Below, in pieces: positions 19,100 through 26,863 of a stretch of 64,000 nt of DNA. Below the pieces are notes generated by a model. The model was not told the DNA's origin, did not search any database, and saw nothing but the letters and a program-made list of their open reading frames with translations. The position numbers were made by a program, and so were the translations under genes. Positions within the stretch are counted from its first letter, which is position 1. Each line of letters begins with the position of its first letter. The DNA is taken from IMG/VR virus record IMGVR_UViG_3300031873_001030, one strand, 5' to 3'. This DNA is from a virus (taxonomy: Duplodnaviria; Heunggongvirae; Uroviricota; Caudoviricetes).

Positions 19100-19560
19100 A
19101 TCGGCGCGCGCAAGTTTAACTAAAGCTATTAGCTGATGTGATGAGACTACTATGTAGGAGTAATGCTATATGAAGAACTCTAAGTAGTAAAAATAAAAAA
19201 ATTATATAATATATATATTAGAGTATATGAATGAAATCGTTGTTGGAGTTAAGGCGTAGAATGTCTCCGTTGGGGTAATTCATCTAGTCTGTATAGAGTA
19301 GAGGAAGAATATTCCAAATCGCAGAACATAGAGAGAGAGAGAGAGAAAATCTTGACTTCTTGTTTTGCCAAATGGAATATTTTGCTAGTAGTCTATAAAG
19401 ACTAGATGAACAAGGCTAACGGAGACAATTTACGCCTTCTTTCCAATAACGAAAAACGCAGTTTTTTTGCCAAAAATGATATTGAAAAAAGCCACTTTTT
19501 CGTTGTTTTTTGAAACAGCACTAAATTCATAGACTAGTAGTAAAAAAAACTCAAATTAAG
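19100..19560. other. candidate replication origin / structured intergenic region
   Basis: ORF-free ~720 bp downstream of the AAA+-wH gene. ~166-bp imperfect palindrome with outer IR tgtctccgtt (19262..19271 / 19418..19427) and inner IR catctagtct (19281..19290 / 19399..19408). (GA)8 at 19331..19346 sits between the arms. AT-rich flanks. Confidence 0.35.
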
Positions 19561-19672
19561 TATATGCTTCAAAACATACTTCATATGATATAATTTAACG
19601 AAGGATGACATTTCATGCATTGAAGATATTTAAACTTGAAAAACGAAAGTTATCATTAGTTTAAGTGATAAG

Positions 19673-20074
19673 ATGTTGGAAGAAAAACATAAAGGTTCTT
19701 CAAGTTTTTTACTGATTTTGCTTGGAATTTTTATTGGTGTAGCTATTATGTTTTTGATTGGTTTCATTTCAGATTCAAATCCAGATTTTGATTCACCTTC
19801 AGTCAAACTTTTGGGAACTTGGCAGACTTTCATACCAATCAATGGTGTTCAGAATTTATTCACATTCAGTTTTGACAAGAACGCTAGCACAATCATAGCT
19901 TCAGAAACTGCATCAGTCAGTGGAAAATATGAGATTAAAGGTTCAAGTCTGACTATCTTCGATTCCAGCAATCAGACAATTTCAGTTTATACTTATCAAT
20001 TTATTACAGATAACTCTTTGAGTCTGATTCAGTCTGGACAAAATTTAGGAATTATTCTGACTAGATTGGCATAA
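19673..20074 (+). CDS. membrane-anchored/secreted small protein (133 aa)
   Basis: N-terminal TM/signal FLLILLGIFIGVAIMFLIGFI; Ser/Thr-rich remainder. Confidence 0.45.
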   Translation: MLEEKHKGSSSFLLILLGIFIGVAIMFLIGFISDSNPDFDSPSVKLLGTWQTFIPINGVQNLFTFSFDKNASTIIASETASVSGKYEIKGSSLTIFDSSNQTISVYTYQFITDNSLSLIQSGQNLGIILTRLA

Positions 20075-20502
20075 AAATTTTAAAACTTTATAAAGAATGA
20101 TTCCTAAATGAATTGTAGGAAATTTTAATTGGTAAATATGGATTTTATACCTGGAAAATTTTACAGTGTTAAGGAAATAGATGAAGGACTTACAGATTTG
20201 AGAGTCATACACAAGATTAAGGGTGTCGATTATCATCTTTTTAGGAATAAATCACATGATGATGGGAATAGGTATTATCTTATGTATGTTTCAAAAGCGT
20301 ATTGGTTGAAAGAAATACGGGAACGAGGTTTGTTGAAAATATGACAAGAGAAGATAGAAGAAACAAAGTCGCACCAGGATGGAAATTTCTCCATAGCAAG
20401 AATAAGACCCTGCTGTTGAGATACGACAATGAAAATAAATAAAATCAGGAAAGTGAAAAATAGATGACTCACCAAATATAAAGAATAATGAAAGTGAAAT
20501 AG

Positions 20503-21249
20503 ATGAGTATCATAGAAGTCAGAAAAGATGCTGCTTATAGAGCTATGAAAGATATTATTTCGCTGATTAATAATGTTAATACAGTTTATGATGTGGGTGG
20601 GAGGAATGGTTGTGACAAACTTTTGAAGAAAGTGAAAAATGTTATCATTTTGGATAGGAATAAAGAGATGCTTGCAAGAGCACGGAGGAAAGGATTCAGA
20701 ACTATCTGTTGTGATTTGAATTACAAGCTTCCATTGAAAAGCAATTCTATAGAAGCATATTTTTGTGCTAATCTAGTGGAGCACATAGTAAATATAGATA
20801 TACTCATATCTGAGATGTGGAGGACTTTGAAACCAGGTGGAACTTTATTTATTCTGACGCCGAATTTGGTCTCGCTGCATAATCGGTTCTTGTTCTTATT
20901 TGGAAAATTACCGACTTGTTGCTGTGTATCTGATTTGTTCTATGTTGGAAGTTCTGGAGAAGAGGGGATATCCCATCGGCATATAAGAATGCATACATTC
21001 TCGTCTCTTGCGAGACTATTTGAACTTCATGGTTTTGATTCTGTGCTTATGAAGGGTTCTGGGTTCTATCCAAGTTTCCTCAATTTCATGTCAGGTGTAG
21101 TGCCTACATTCTCGGTGTATATAATAGCGGTATTTAGAAAGGGAAAAGTTCCAAAAGATGATGTCAGGAGACTTTTGTATAGGAAGCTATATGATGATGA
21201 TATGGAACTGTTAAAAAGAAAATTGTTAGATAGCAGATATGATTTATAG
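20503..21249 (+). CDS. class I SAM-dependent methyltransferase
   Basis: Motif I VYDVGGRNGCD; LKPGGTLFILTP. Confidence 0.65.
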   Translation: MSIIEVRKDAAYRAMKDIISLINNVNTVYDVGGRNGCDKLLKKVKNVIILDRNKEMLARARRKGFRTICCDLNYKLPLKSNSIEAYFCANLVEHIVNIDILISEMWRTLKPGGTLFILTPNLVSLHNRFLFLFGKLPTCCCVSDLFYVGSSGEEGISHRHIRMHTFSSLARLFELHGFDSVLMKGSGFYPSFLNFMSGVVPTFSVYIIAVFRKGKVPKDDVRRLLYRKLYDDDMELLKRKLLDSRYDL

Positions 21250-21672
21250 AGACTATGTTTTGGATGTCGGTTGTGGAAAAGGAAATCTTGAAGTGATATT
21301 GGAAAGAAGGGGATTTGAAAATCTTTTTGCATTGGACAGTTCCAAAATGGCATTGGCAGAACTTAAATTGAGAACAAGAAAAAGCAAGACATCCAAAATC
21401 CTATGCAAGTCATAAAGGAATGCATGAGAGTTGGCAGACAAGCTATCATAGCCGTTCCTAATGGATTTTGGGTCGAACTGATACCTAAGAATTGGACTAT
21501 GCCAATTCCAAATTACTATGCACCTACAAAGAAATTGTTGAAATCTGCTGTGCATTGGTTGGGAGGAGAGATAATAGAATGGAATTATTACTATTCAGAT
21601 TTCAGATTCATAAGAAAATTCTTTCCAAGATGGTTCAGTACTAGCTTCATAGTAAGAGTAAAAAAACGATAA
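21240..21672 (+). pseudogene. disrupted methyltransferase (motif I fragment in one frame, remainder in another)
   Basis: 58-aa ORF 21240..21413 contains YVLDVGCGKGNLE (motif I) then stops; ORF 21403..21672 continues in another frame; no intact full-length reading frame. Confidence 0.35.
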
Positions 21673-21728
21673 GTTTATATACTTTCACAAACAATATATA
21701 ATATGCTTCAGAGACATGAAGTTAACTA

Positions 21729-22961
21729 TTGGAGATGAAAGTGATGAACATAGGTGAAGTTGAAATTGGAAAACCTTGGCAATATAAGGAAAATTCTATT
21801 GGAATTGTTGTTCCACTTTTAAGGAAGAATCAAGTCAAAAGAAATTATAAGACAGTTGAGGAAGTTAAGGAGATGATGAATATCAAGGATACTGGAAATA
21901 TAGACAGTGTTGAAATTTCCTCAAAAGTCAATGAACCAGTTTTTATCAGGAGCGGGACGATGTTTGAAGGGGTTGGAACTCAGAGCAGGACGCCAACAAC
22001 TAGCATTGTCATAATTCCAAATCAACAGCCTATGAAAGTTCCTGTAAAATGCATACATGCTTCTCATCACATATCTTCTGGAAGCAACTTTAAAGTCGCA
22101 GGTAGTATTCCCCACTATATTGGTTATGCAGCTTTTGGACCAAGGGCTAGTCAATCTCGTGTGTGGTCTTCTGTAAGCATGCAAGCAAGTTCTGTAAGCC
22201 ATCATGCTATGCATCTTTCTGACAATCTTATCGATAACGTAAGAAAAATAGAAACTTTTAAGAAAGATATTGGCGAAGCAGTTAAAAACTATCCGATATT
22301 GAAAAATCAAGTTGGTATAGTTGTTCTTGATTTTAACGGGGTTGTTGGTCTTGAGATGTTTGATAATTCTGAATCTTGGGCAGCAGTATGTAAAGACATA
22401 ATCAATAAGTATTCTGACACAATAACACAGCTTGTTGACAGTCCTTTATTTTCATTGAATGAAGAAAGCATAAAACCAAAGATATTGGAATTCTTGAAGA
22501 AGCTGACAGAAGCAAAAGAAGAGATTATCTTTCAAGCAGATGTGATGAAAACAATCTTATTGGAAAATGGAGATATCATTGGAGAATGTACGAGTATTGA
22601 TGGCAGGATGATACATCTCATGGGAATGAAAAAGAAGGATGAGGAAAGGACATATGGTTCAGTTGCTCCAAATAATTTACCATTTACACCACAAAATTGG
22701 ACAACCAGAGGTTCTAACTATTCTGTGCTATCTGCACTTGGAGATGGAAGTAGGAGATTTTCAGAAATAGAGAAAACAACTAAATTATCCCCAGCTACAG
22801 TAAGCAAAAATTTAAGCAAGTTCCATTCTCTTGGATTTATTGACAAGTCAGCAGAAATAATAAACAACAAGGCCCGTGAAGTTTATAGCCTTACAAGCAA
22901 CGGTAAAAATGCATTTTTTACTATGCATGATGTCAGGAAGAAATTGATGAAGCTTGGATAA
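21729..22961 (+). CDS. hypothetical protein with C-terminal winged-HTH DNA-binding domain (410 aa)
   Basis: C-terminus LSALGDGSRRFSEIEKTTKLSPATVSKNLSKFHSLGFIDKS resembles ArsR/MarR-type wHTH. Confidence 0.5.
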   Translation: MEMKVMNIGEVEIGKPWQYKENSIGIVVPLLRKNQVKRNYKTVEEVKEMMNIKDTGNIDSVEISSKVNEPVFIRSGTMFEGVGTQSRTPTTSIVIIPNQQPMKVPVKCIHASHHISSGSNFKVAGSIPHYIGYAAFGPRASQSRVWSSVSMQASSVSHHAMHLSDNLIDNVRKIETFKKDIGEAVKNYPILKNQVGIVVLDFNGVVGLEMFDNSESWAAVCKDIINKYSDTITQLVDSPLFSLNEESIKPKILEFLKKLTEAKEEIIFQADVMKTILLENGDIIGECTSIDGRMIHLMGMKKKDEERTYGSVAPNNLPFTPQNWTTRGSNYSVLSALGDGSRRFSEIEKTTKLSPATVSKNLSKFHSLGFIDKSAEIINNKAREVYSLTSNGKNAFFTMHDVRKKLMKLG

Positions 22962-23109
22962 GCCTTAAATACTTTAACAGCCAATATTTTTTAGATATCA
23001 AATGAGAATCTACGATAATGTCACGATATAAGTTACACATTATGTGTAACCTCTCTATCTTTGCCTAGCAAGTGAAGACAGGGACATAAAAGAAAAAGAG
23101 GTAGATTCA

Positions 23110-23427
23110 ATGGTATTAATGTATAGGCAGGGAGACTTGCTTTTCAGAAAAGTAGAGAAGATTCCTTCTAATGCAGATGTCGTTAAAAATGGCGTTATTC
23201 TAAAAGGTGAAGCGACTGGACATGCTCACAAGCTTGTAGGCGGTACAGTATTTTCACAGTCAACTGGATTCATGGGAAATGGTCCAAGACAAATGTTCCT
23301 TCAAGTTGAAAAGAGCGGAAGAGTTGTTCATGAAGAACATAAAACAATTGAACTTGAAATTGGGTTCTACATCGTAATCCGTCAACGTGAATATAACCCA
23401 TACAGAATCTCATTAGTCGGGGATTAG
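23110..23427 (+). CDS. hypothetical protein (105 aa)
   Basis: Intact ORF; stop abuts start of next gene. Confidence 0.4.
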   Translation: MVLMYRQGDLLFRKVEKIPSNADVVKNGVILKGEATGHAHKLVGGTVFSQSTGFMGNGPRQMFLQVEKSGRVVHEEHKTIELEIGFYIVIRQREYNPYRISLVGD

Positions 23428-24054
23428 ATGATGGACGAATTCAAGAACACAATGAAAGGATTCTTTCACAGTTTTGATTATCTTCCTGAAGTGTTCAAGA
23501 CTCTTCATATCATAAGGCTAGTTCCAGGAAAGTTCGAGGTCAAGATGAAGCAGCCAATGATAATCCTTGGAAACCTGAGATTCCTGAATGAGACAAAACA
23601 TAGATGGCAGGAATACAATTTCGAAACTTTCTTCCTCAAAAAGAGAATTCCAGATTGCCAATGCAAAGAAGTCATGGATGCTGCAAAGGAATACATCCTA
23701 TTCAAAAGACTGCATGAGAACCAGAAAATCAGTGCAAGAGAAATAATGAATTGCAAAAATCTCGAATTGAGGAGAGCATTACTTGAAAGGTTTGGTTATG
23801 AGAAAATGTTGAATGAGCTTGGTGGACATATGATAGATGCAGAAGGAAATTACATTCTTTTCAAAATGGATTTCAGGGAAGTAAATGAATCTGTAAAATT
23901 AAATGAGGATGTAAAACTTTTGAAGATGAAGGATTCCTCAACAGAAAGATGGTATGTATTAAGGGTTCCTCCAAATGTAAAAAATTGCACTGAAGCTGTG
24001 TCATGGTCTTTCAATACGCCAGTTGAAGAATACAAATTAGAAGTGGAAACATAG
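23428..24054 (+). CDS. hypothetical protein (208 aa)
   Basis: Intact ORF translationally coupled to 23110..23427. Confidence 0.45.
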   Translation: MMDEFKNTMKGFFHSFDYLPEVFKTLHIIRLVPGKFEVKMKQPMIILGNLRFLNETKHRWQEYNFETFFLKKRIPDCQCKEVMDAAKEYILFKRLHENQKISAREIMNCKNLELRRALLERFGYEKMLNELGGHMIDAEGNYILFKMDFREVNESVKLNEDVKLLKMKDSSTERWYVLRVPPNVKNCTEAVSWSFNTPVEEYKLEVET

Positions 24055-24100
24055 TGCGTGTGACAGGATTTGAACCTGTAAGGCACTAAGCAACGGATAT
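24055..24100 (-). ncRNA. orphan tRNA 3'-half-like fragment (T-arm ACAGG-TTCAAAT-CCTGT + acceptor 3' strand CACACGC-A)
   Basis: Perfect T-arm and 3' acceptor strand, but no complementary 5' acceptor strand (GYGTGTG) within ~250 nt. Confidence 0.3.
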
Positions 24101-24415
24101 CCAAGTCCTAATCGTTTAAGTTTACTCTTGGTTTGAGCCTTTGAGTTTGGGCCTCTAAGTCCGCCTATCTTTTAAATAATTATATATGCTGTAATATATA
24201 TTATGAAAAAGCGAAAACTAATTTAACTGTTGAAATTAAAGTTATTGGATATGTCTTACTGTAAAGCATGCAGAATATGCCTTCCTTTCTTAATTCATCA
24301 TGCAATTTTATAATTAAGAAGGTTATAATGTTGACTTTGATACTCTTCTTTCCAGCACAAGCTCATATCTTTTTAATACCTTCCTTATTGCAGCAATGAT
24401 ACTTATCTTTTTCTC

Positions 24416-24479
24416 TTAACATATGTTAATCAGTGATGCAGCATAATGCAAAATTCCTTCAGTCTTTAACATATGTTAA
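24416..24479. repeat. palindrome pair TTAACATATGTTAA-N36-TTAACATATGTTAA
   Basis: Two exact 14-mers flanking 36-bp spacer tcagtgatgcagcataatgcaaaattccttcagtct, adjacent to tRNA cluster. Confidence 0.9.
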
Positions 24480-24601
24480 TGTCAAATTAGAAATGCAATA
24501 CGATTGTTAACAAGAAAGTTAACAAAGTCTCACCTGCCAGAATTGCACCAGCATCTACGAGGCTACAGCTCGTTGTTCTACTGTTGAACTAAGGCGAGTT
24601 G

Positions 24602-24674
24602 TGGGGATGCTGAGATTTGAACTCAGATTATTCGCTTCCAGAGCGAAGGTTCTAACAAGTTATACTACATCCCC
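24602..24674 (-). tRNA. tRNA-Pro (anticodon TGG)
   Basis: Manual fold: acceptor GGGGATG/CATCCCC; T-arm CTGAG-TTCAAAT-CTCAG; anticodon stem TTCGC/GCGAA; loop TCTGGAA (C at position 33 is atypical). Confidence 0.65.
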
Positions 24675-24677
24675 AAG

Positions 24678-24751
24678 GGAGAATAGAGGGATTTGAACCC
24701 TCTCTAACAAGTTCACAGCTTGACGTGCTCGCCTACTACACCATATTCTCC
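24678..24751 (-). tRNA. tRNA-His (anticodon GTG) with G-1
   Basis: Acceptor GAGAATA/TATTCTC plus an extra 5' G pairing the discriminator C (His hallmark); D-stem GTGT/GCAC; anticodon loop CTGTGAA; T-arm GAGGG-TTCAAAT-CCCTC. Confidence 0.75.
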
Positions 24752-25212
24752 ATTTTATTATGTTCTTCTCTATGGCAATTTGCACATAGAAGTTTGCATT
24801 TCTGCAATTCTTTTCGTATCACCTCGAGACTATTATGCCATATTCTGGATATTTCATATTTCTTTTCTCCGTTCATATGATGAAATTCAAGTGCTGCGAA
24901 ACATTTGTTATATCCACATTTTTGACATTTACCTCCAAATTCCATTTTCATAATTTTTGTTTTTTCTTGGTTTTTACGCTTTTGTGCTATATACCACAAA
25001 TGTCTCTGAGGGAGAGATGATTTTTGTTTATGTTGTTTTATATATTTTCTCATATATTCTCTATGATATTTTTTCCTTTTTTCTCTGTTTTCAGGGTTTG
25101 ACAACCAAATTTTCCATCGTTCTTTTTCTTGCTCACGGTGTGATTTTCTATATAATCTATTTATTTCACACAATCGTTCTTTGTTTTTTTCATAATATTT
25201 TTTACTGGTCAT
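24736..25212 (-). CDS. HNH endonuclease
   Basis: CQKCGY...LEFHHMNGEK...LCANCHREEH (HNH/zinc-finger nuclease signature); the 3' end of the ORF overlaps the 5' end of tRNA-His. Confidence 0.65.
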   Translation of the reverse strand: MTSKKYYEKNKERLCEINRLYRKSHREQEKERWKIWLSNPENREKRKKYHREYMRKYIKQHKQKSSLPQRHLWYIAQKRKNQEKTKIMKMEFGGKCQKCGYNKCFAALEFHHMNGEKKYEISRIWHNSLEVIRKELQKCKLLCANCHREEHNKMENMV

Positions 25213-25255
25213 ATAATGTAATTGTTTAATACCATTTATATTTGTTGTTGAACTA

Positions 25256-25330
25256 CGCTCTGGGCAAGACTCGAACTTGCAATTTCTCCGTTAACAGCGG
25301 AGCGCTTGTACCTGTTTAAGCTGCCAGAGC
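25256..25330 (-). tRNA. tRNA-Asn (anticodon GTT)
   Basis: Acceptor GCTCTGG/CCAGAGC; D-stem GCTT/AAGC; anticodon stem CTCCG/CGGAG; loop CTGTTAA; T-arm GCAAG-TTCGAGT-CTTGC. Confidence 0.75.
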
Positions 25331-25333
25331 AAG

Positions 25334-25437
25334 TACTCCCCGAATGATTCGAACATTCGTCTCTTGGTTTCTCCAAGTTTCAGATTCTTGTTGAAATTAT
25401 CAAAGCCAAGCATCTTTGTCCACTGGACGAGGGGAGT
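25334..25437 (-). tRNA. tRNA-Gln (anticodon TTG) with ~31-nt intron at 37/38
   Basis: Acceptor ACTCCCC/GGGGAGT; T-arm GAATG-TTCGAAT-CATTC; anticodon stem CTTGG/CCAAG enclosing 38 nt (CTTTGA + 31-nt insert); intron contains TCAA complementary to the anticodon region (BHB-like). Confidence 0.6.
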
Positions 25438-25469
25438 ATATTGATTGTAGTTCTTTTTAAAAACTATGG

Positions 25470-25500
25470 ACACAAGCGGGAATCGAACTCGCATCTCTTT
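25470..25500 (-). ncRNA. orphan tRNA 3'-half-like fragment (GCGAG-TTCGATT-CCCGC T-arm + 3' strand TTGTGTC-C)
   Basis: T-arm-like element with one A.C mismatch; no matching 5' acceptor strand found upstream. Confidence 0.25.
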
Positions 25501-25706
25501 CTTGCAAGGGAAGTATCCTACCATTAAACGATTGGCCCGTCATTGAAGAAAAAAGAACTAGCTCTATTGATTTGCCTTATGGGCGGGCTGTTGATTATAT
25601 GCTTCAATAGACATATTAGAAAATTTAGTCTTGATGATTGATTTGATTTTGTATTATGTGATATATAGAATGCAATATATATTTTAGAAGCATTATTTTC
25701 TAGATT

Positions 25707-25723
25707 TATCCCTCTAACGGGAT
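25707..25723. repeat. ATCCC-N6-GGGAT hairpin with GATTTAT/GGGATTTAT flanks
   Basis: Overlaps the stop codon of XPF (minus strand); same motif family as 7712..7752 and 43488..43503. Confidence 0.5.
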
Positions 25724-26358
25724 TTATATTTTTCAGTCAATATCTTCTTGATTCTAGTTGAAAGTACGTCTCCTATTCCCTTTGCTTTCTGCAAGTCTTC
25801 CTCACTGGCTAAAAGTACTTTTTCAACAGAACCGAGATTTTCCAACAGCCTTTTGGATATTGTCGAATTTACTCCAGGAATGGAGGAGACTATCTGCTCT
25901 TGTATCTTTGACATTTCTGTCGGCACCTTTTCAAATTTGTATGATACAGTTCTTTTGCTTTCAACTTGCTCTTTTTTCGCAAGATGATATATCATTCTGG
26001 CAGTGTCCATTTTGTCCTTAGTATTTACTATGGAAATGTTGAATCTGATGATTAGACTTGCCATAGCGGCTTTCACAATGTTCACATCTATGCGTTCATT
26101 TGGAAATCCTTCTATGATTATGATGACAATCTTAAAATTGTCCTTCATCCTAGTTGTCTGTTCAAATAACCTTCCATCAAATATTGACGCTACAAAATCT
26201 TGATATGTCTTCCTTTCAATCACTGTCCTATCCGAAACTATGAAGTCTCCAACTTCCAAGAAAGATTCATTCAAGTTGACGTTGGCAAAATTTCTCAGAA
26301 AGTATATCAGCTCTTTTTCCCTGGAATCTGCTGATATCGTGATTTTAAATTCTTCCAT
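25714..26358 (-). CDS. xpf: short XPF/Hef-type structure-specific nuclease (ERCC4 nuclease domain + HhH2)
   Basis: ERCC4 motif GDFIVSDRTVIERKTYQDFVASIFDGRLFEQ; C-terminal HhH2 IPGVNSTISKRLLENLGSVEKVLLASEEDLQKAKGIGDVLSTRI; ~214 aa as in the crenarchaeal-type PCNA-dependent short XPF. Confidence 0.7.
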   Translation of the reverse strand: MEEFKITISADSREKELIYFLRNFANVNLNESFLEVGDFIVSDRTVIERKTYQDFVASIFDGRLFEQTTRMKDNFKIVIIIIEGFPNERIDVNIVKAAMASLIIRFNISIVNTKDKMDTARMIYHLAKKEQVESKRTVSYKFEKVPTEMSKIQEQIVSSIPGVNSTISKRLLENLGSVEKVLLASEEDLQKAKGIGDVLSTRIKKILTEKYKSR

Positions 26359-26598
26359 AGTATTATCAGTAATTGCAAAAATATATCTCCGAAATCGGGA
26401 AGGTTACAGATTCACTGGAAACCAGCGAAGCATTGTCGATGCTATGAAATCCTTCCCAGTAGGAGATAAATTTATTTGTGCAGATAATCTTAAATACTTT
26501 AACAACCGATATAATTGTATCTCTCATACAGCTATGGGATTCATAATACAACAACAGGATGTAGTACAGTTTCCGTAGCGATTTTGGAGGGTACATTT

Positions 26599-26859
26599 AT
26601 GGATACCATCACGCTATATATACTTAGAACAAAGCCAGAGACACATTTCTATGTTGGAATTACTAAAGACCTTGATAAGAGATTAGAACAGCATAAAAAT
26701 AATCCAAATGTCTCTTGGGTAAAAAGAAGAAACTTTAAATTTGATTTAGTATGGAGAGAGAAATTTCCTGATTTGAAATCTGCAAGGAAAAAGGAGAAAT
26801 ATTATAAGAAAATGGAAAGGAAAAGACTCTTAAAAATCATTGGGATAAAAGGAGTGTGA
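26599..26859 (+). CDS. small GIY-YIG nuclease-superfamily protein (YhbQ/Slx1-like), paralogue 1
   Basis: LYILRTKPETHFYVGITKDLDKRLEQHK GIY-YIG core; GGAGG SD 9 nt upstream of internal ATG 26599 (track ORF starts 26515); paralogue at 35982..36239. Confidence 0.65.
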   Translation: MDTITLYILRTKPETHFYVGITKDLDKRLEQHKNNPNVSWVKRRNFKFDLVWREKFPDLKSARKKEKYYKKMERKRLLKIIGIKGV

Positions 26860-26863
26860 TGGT

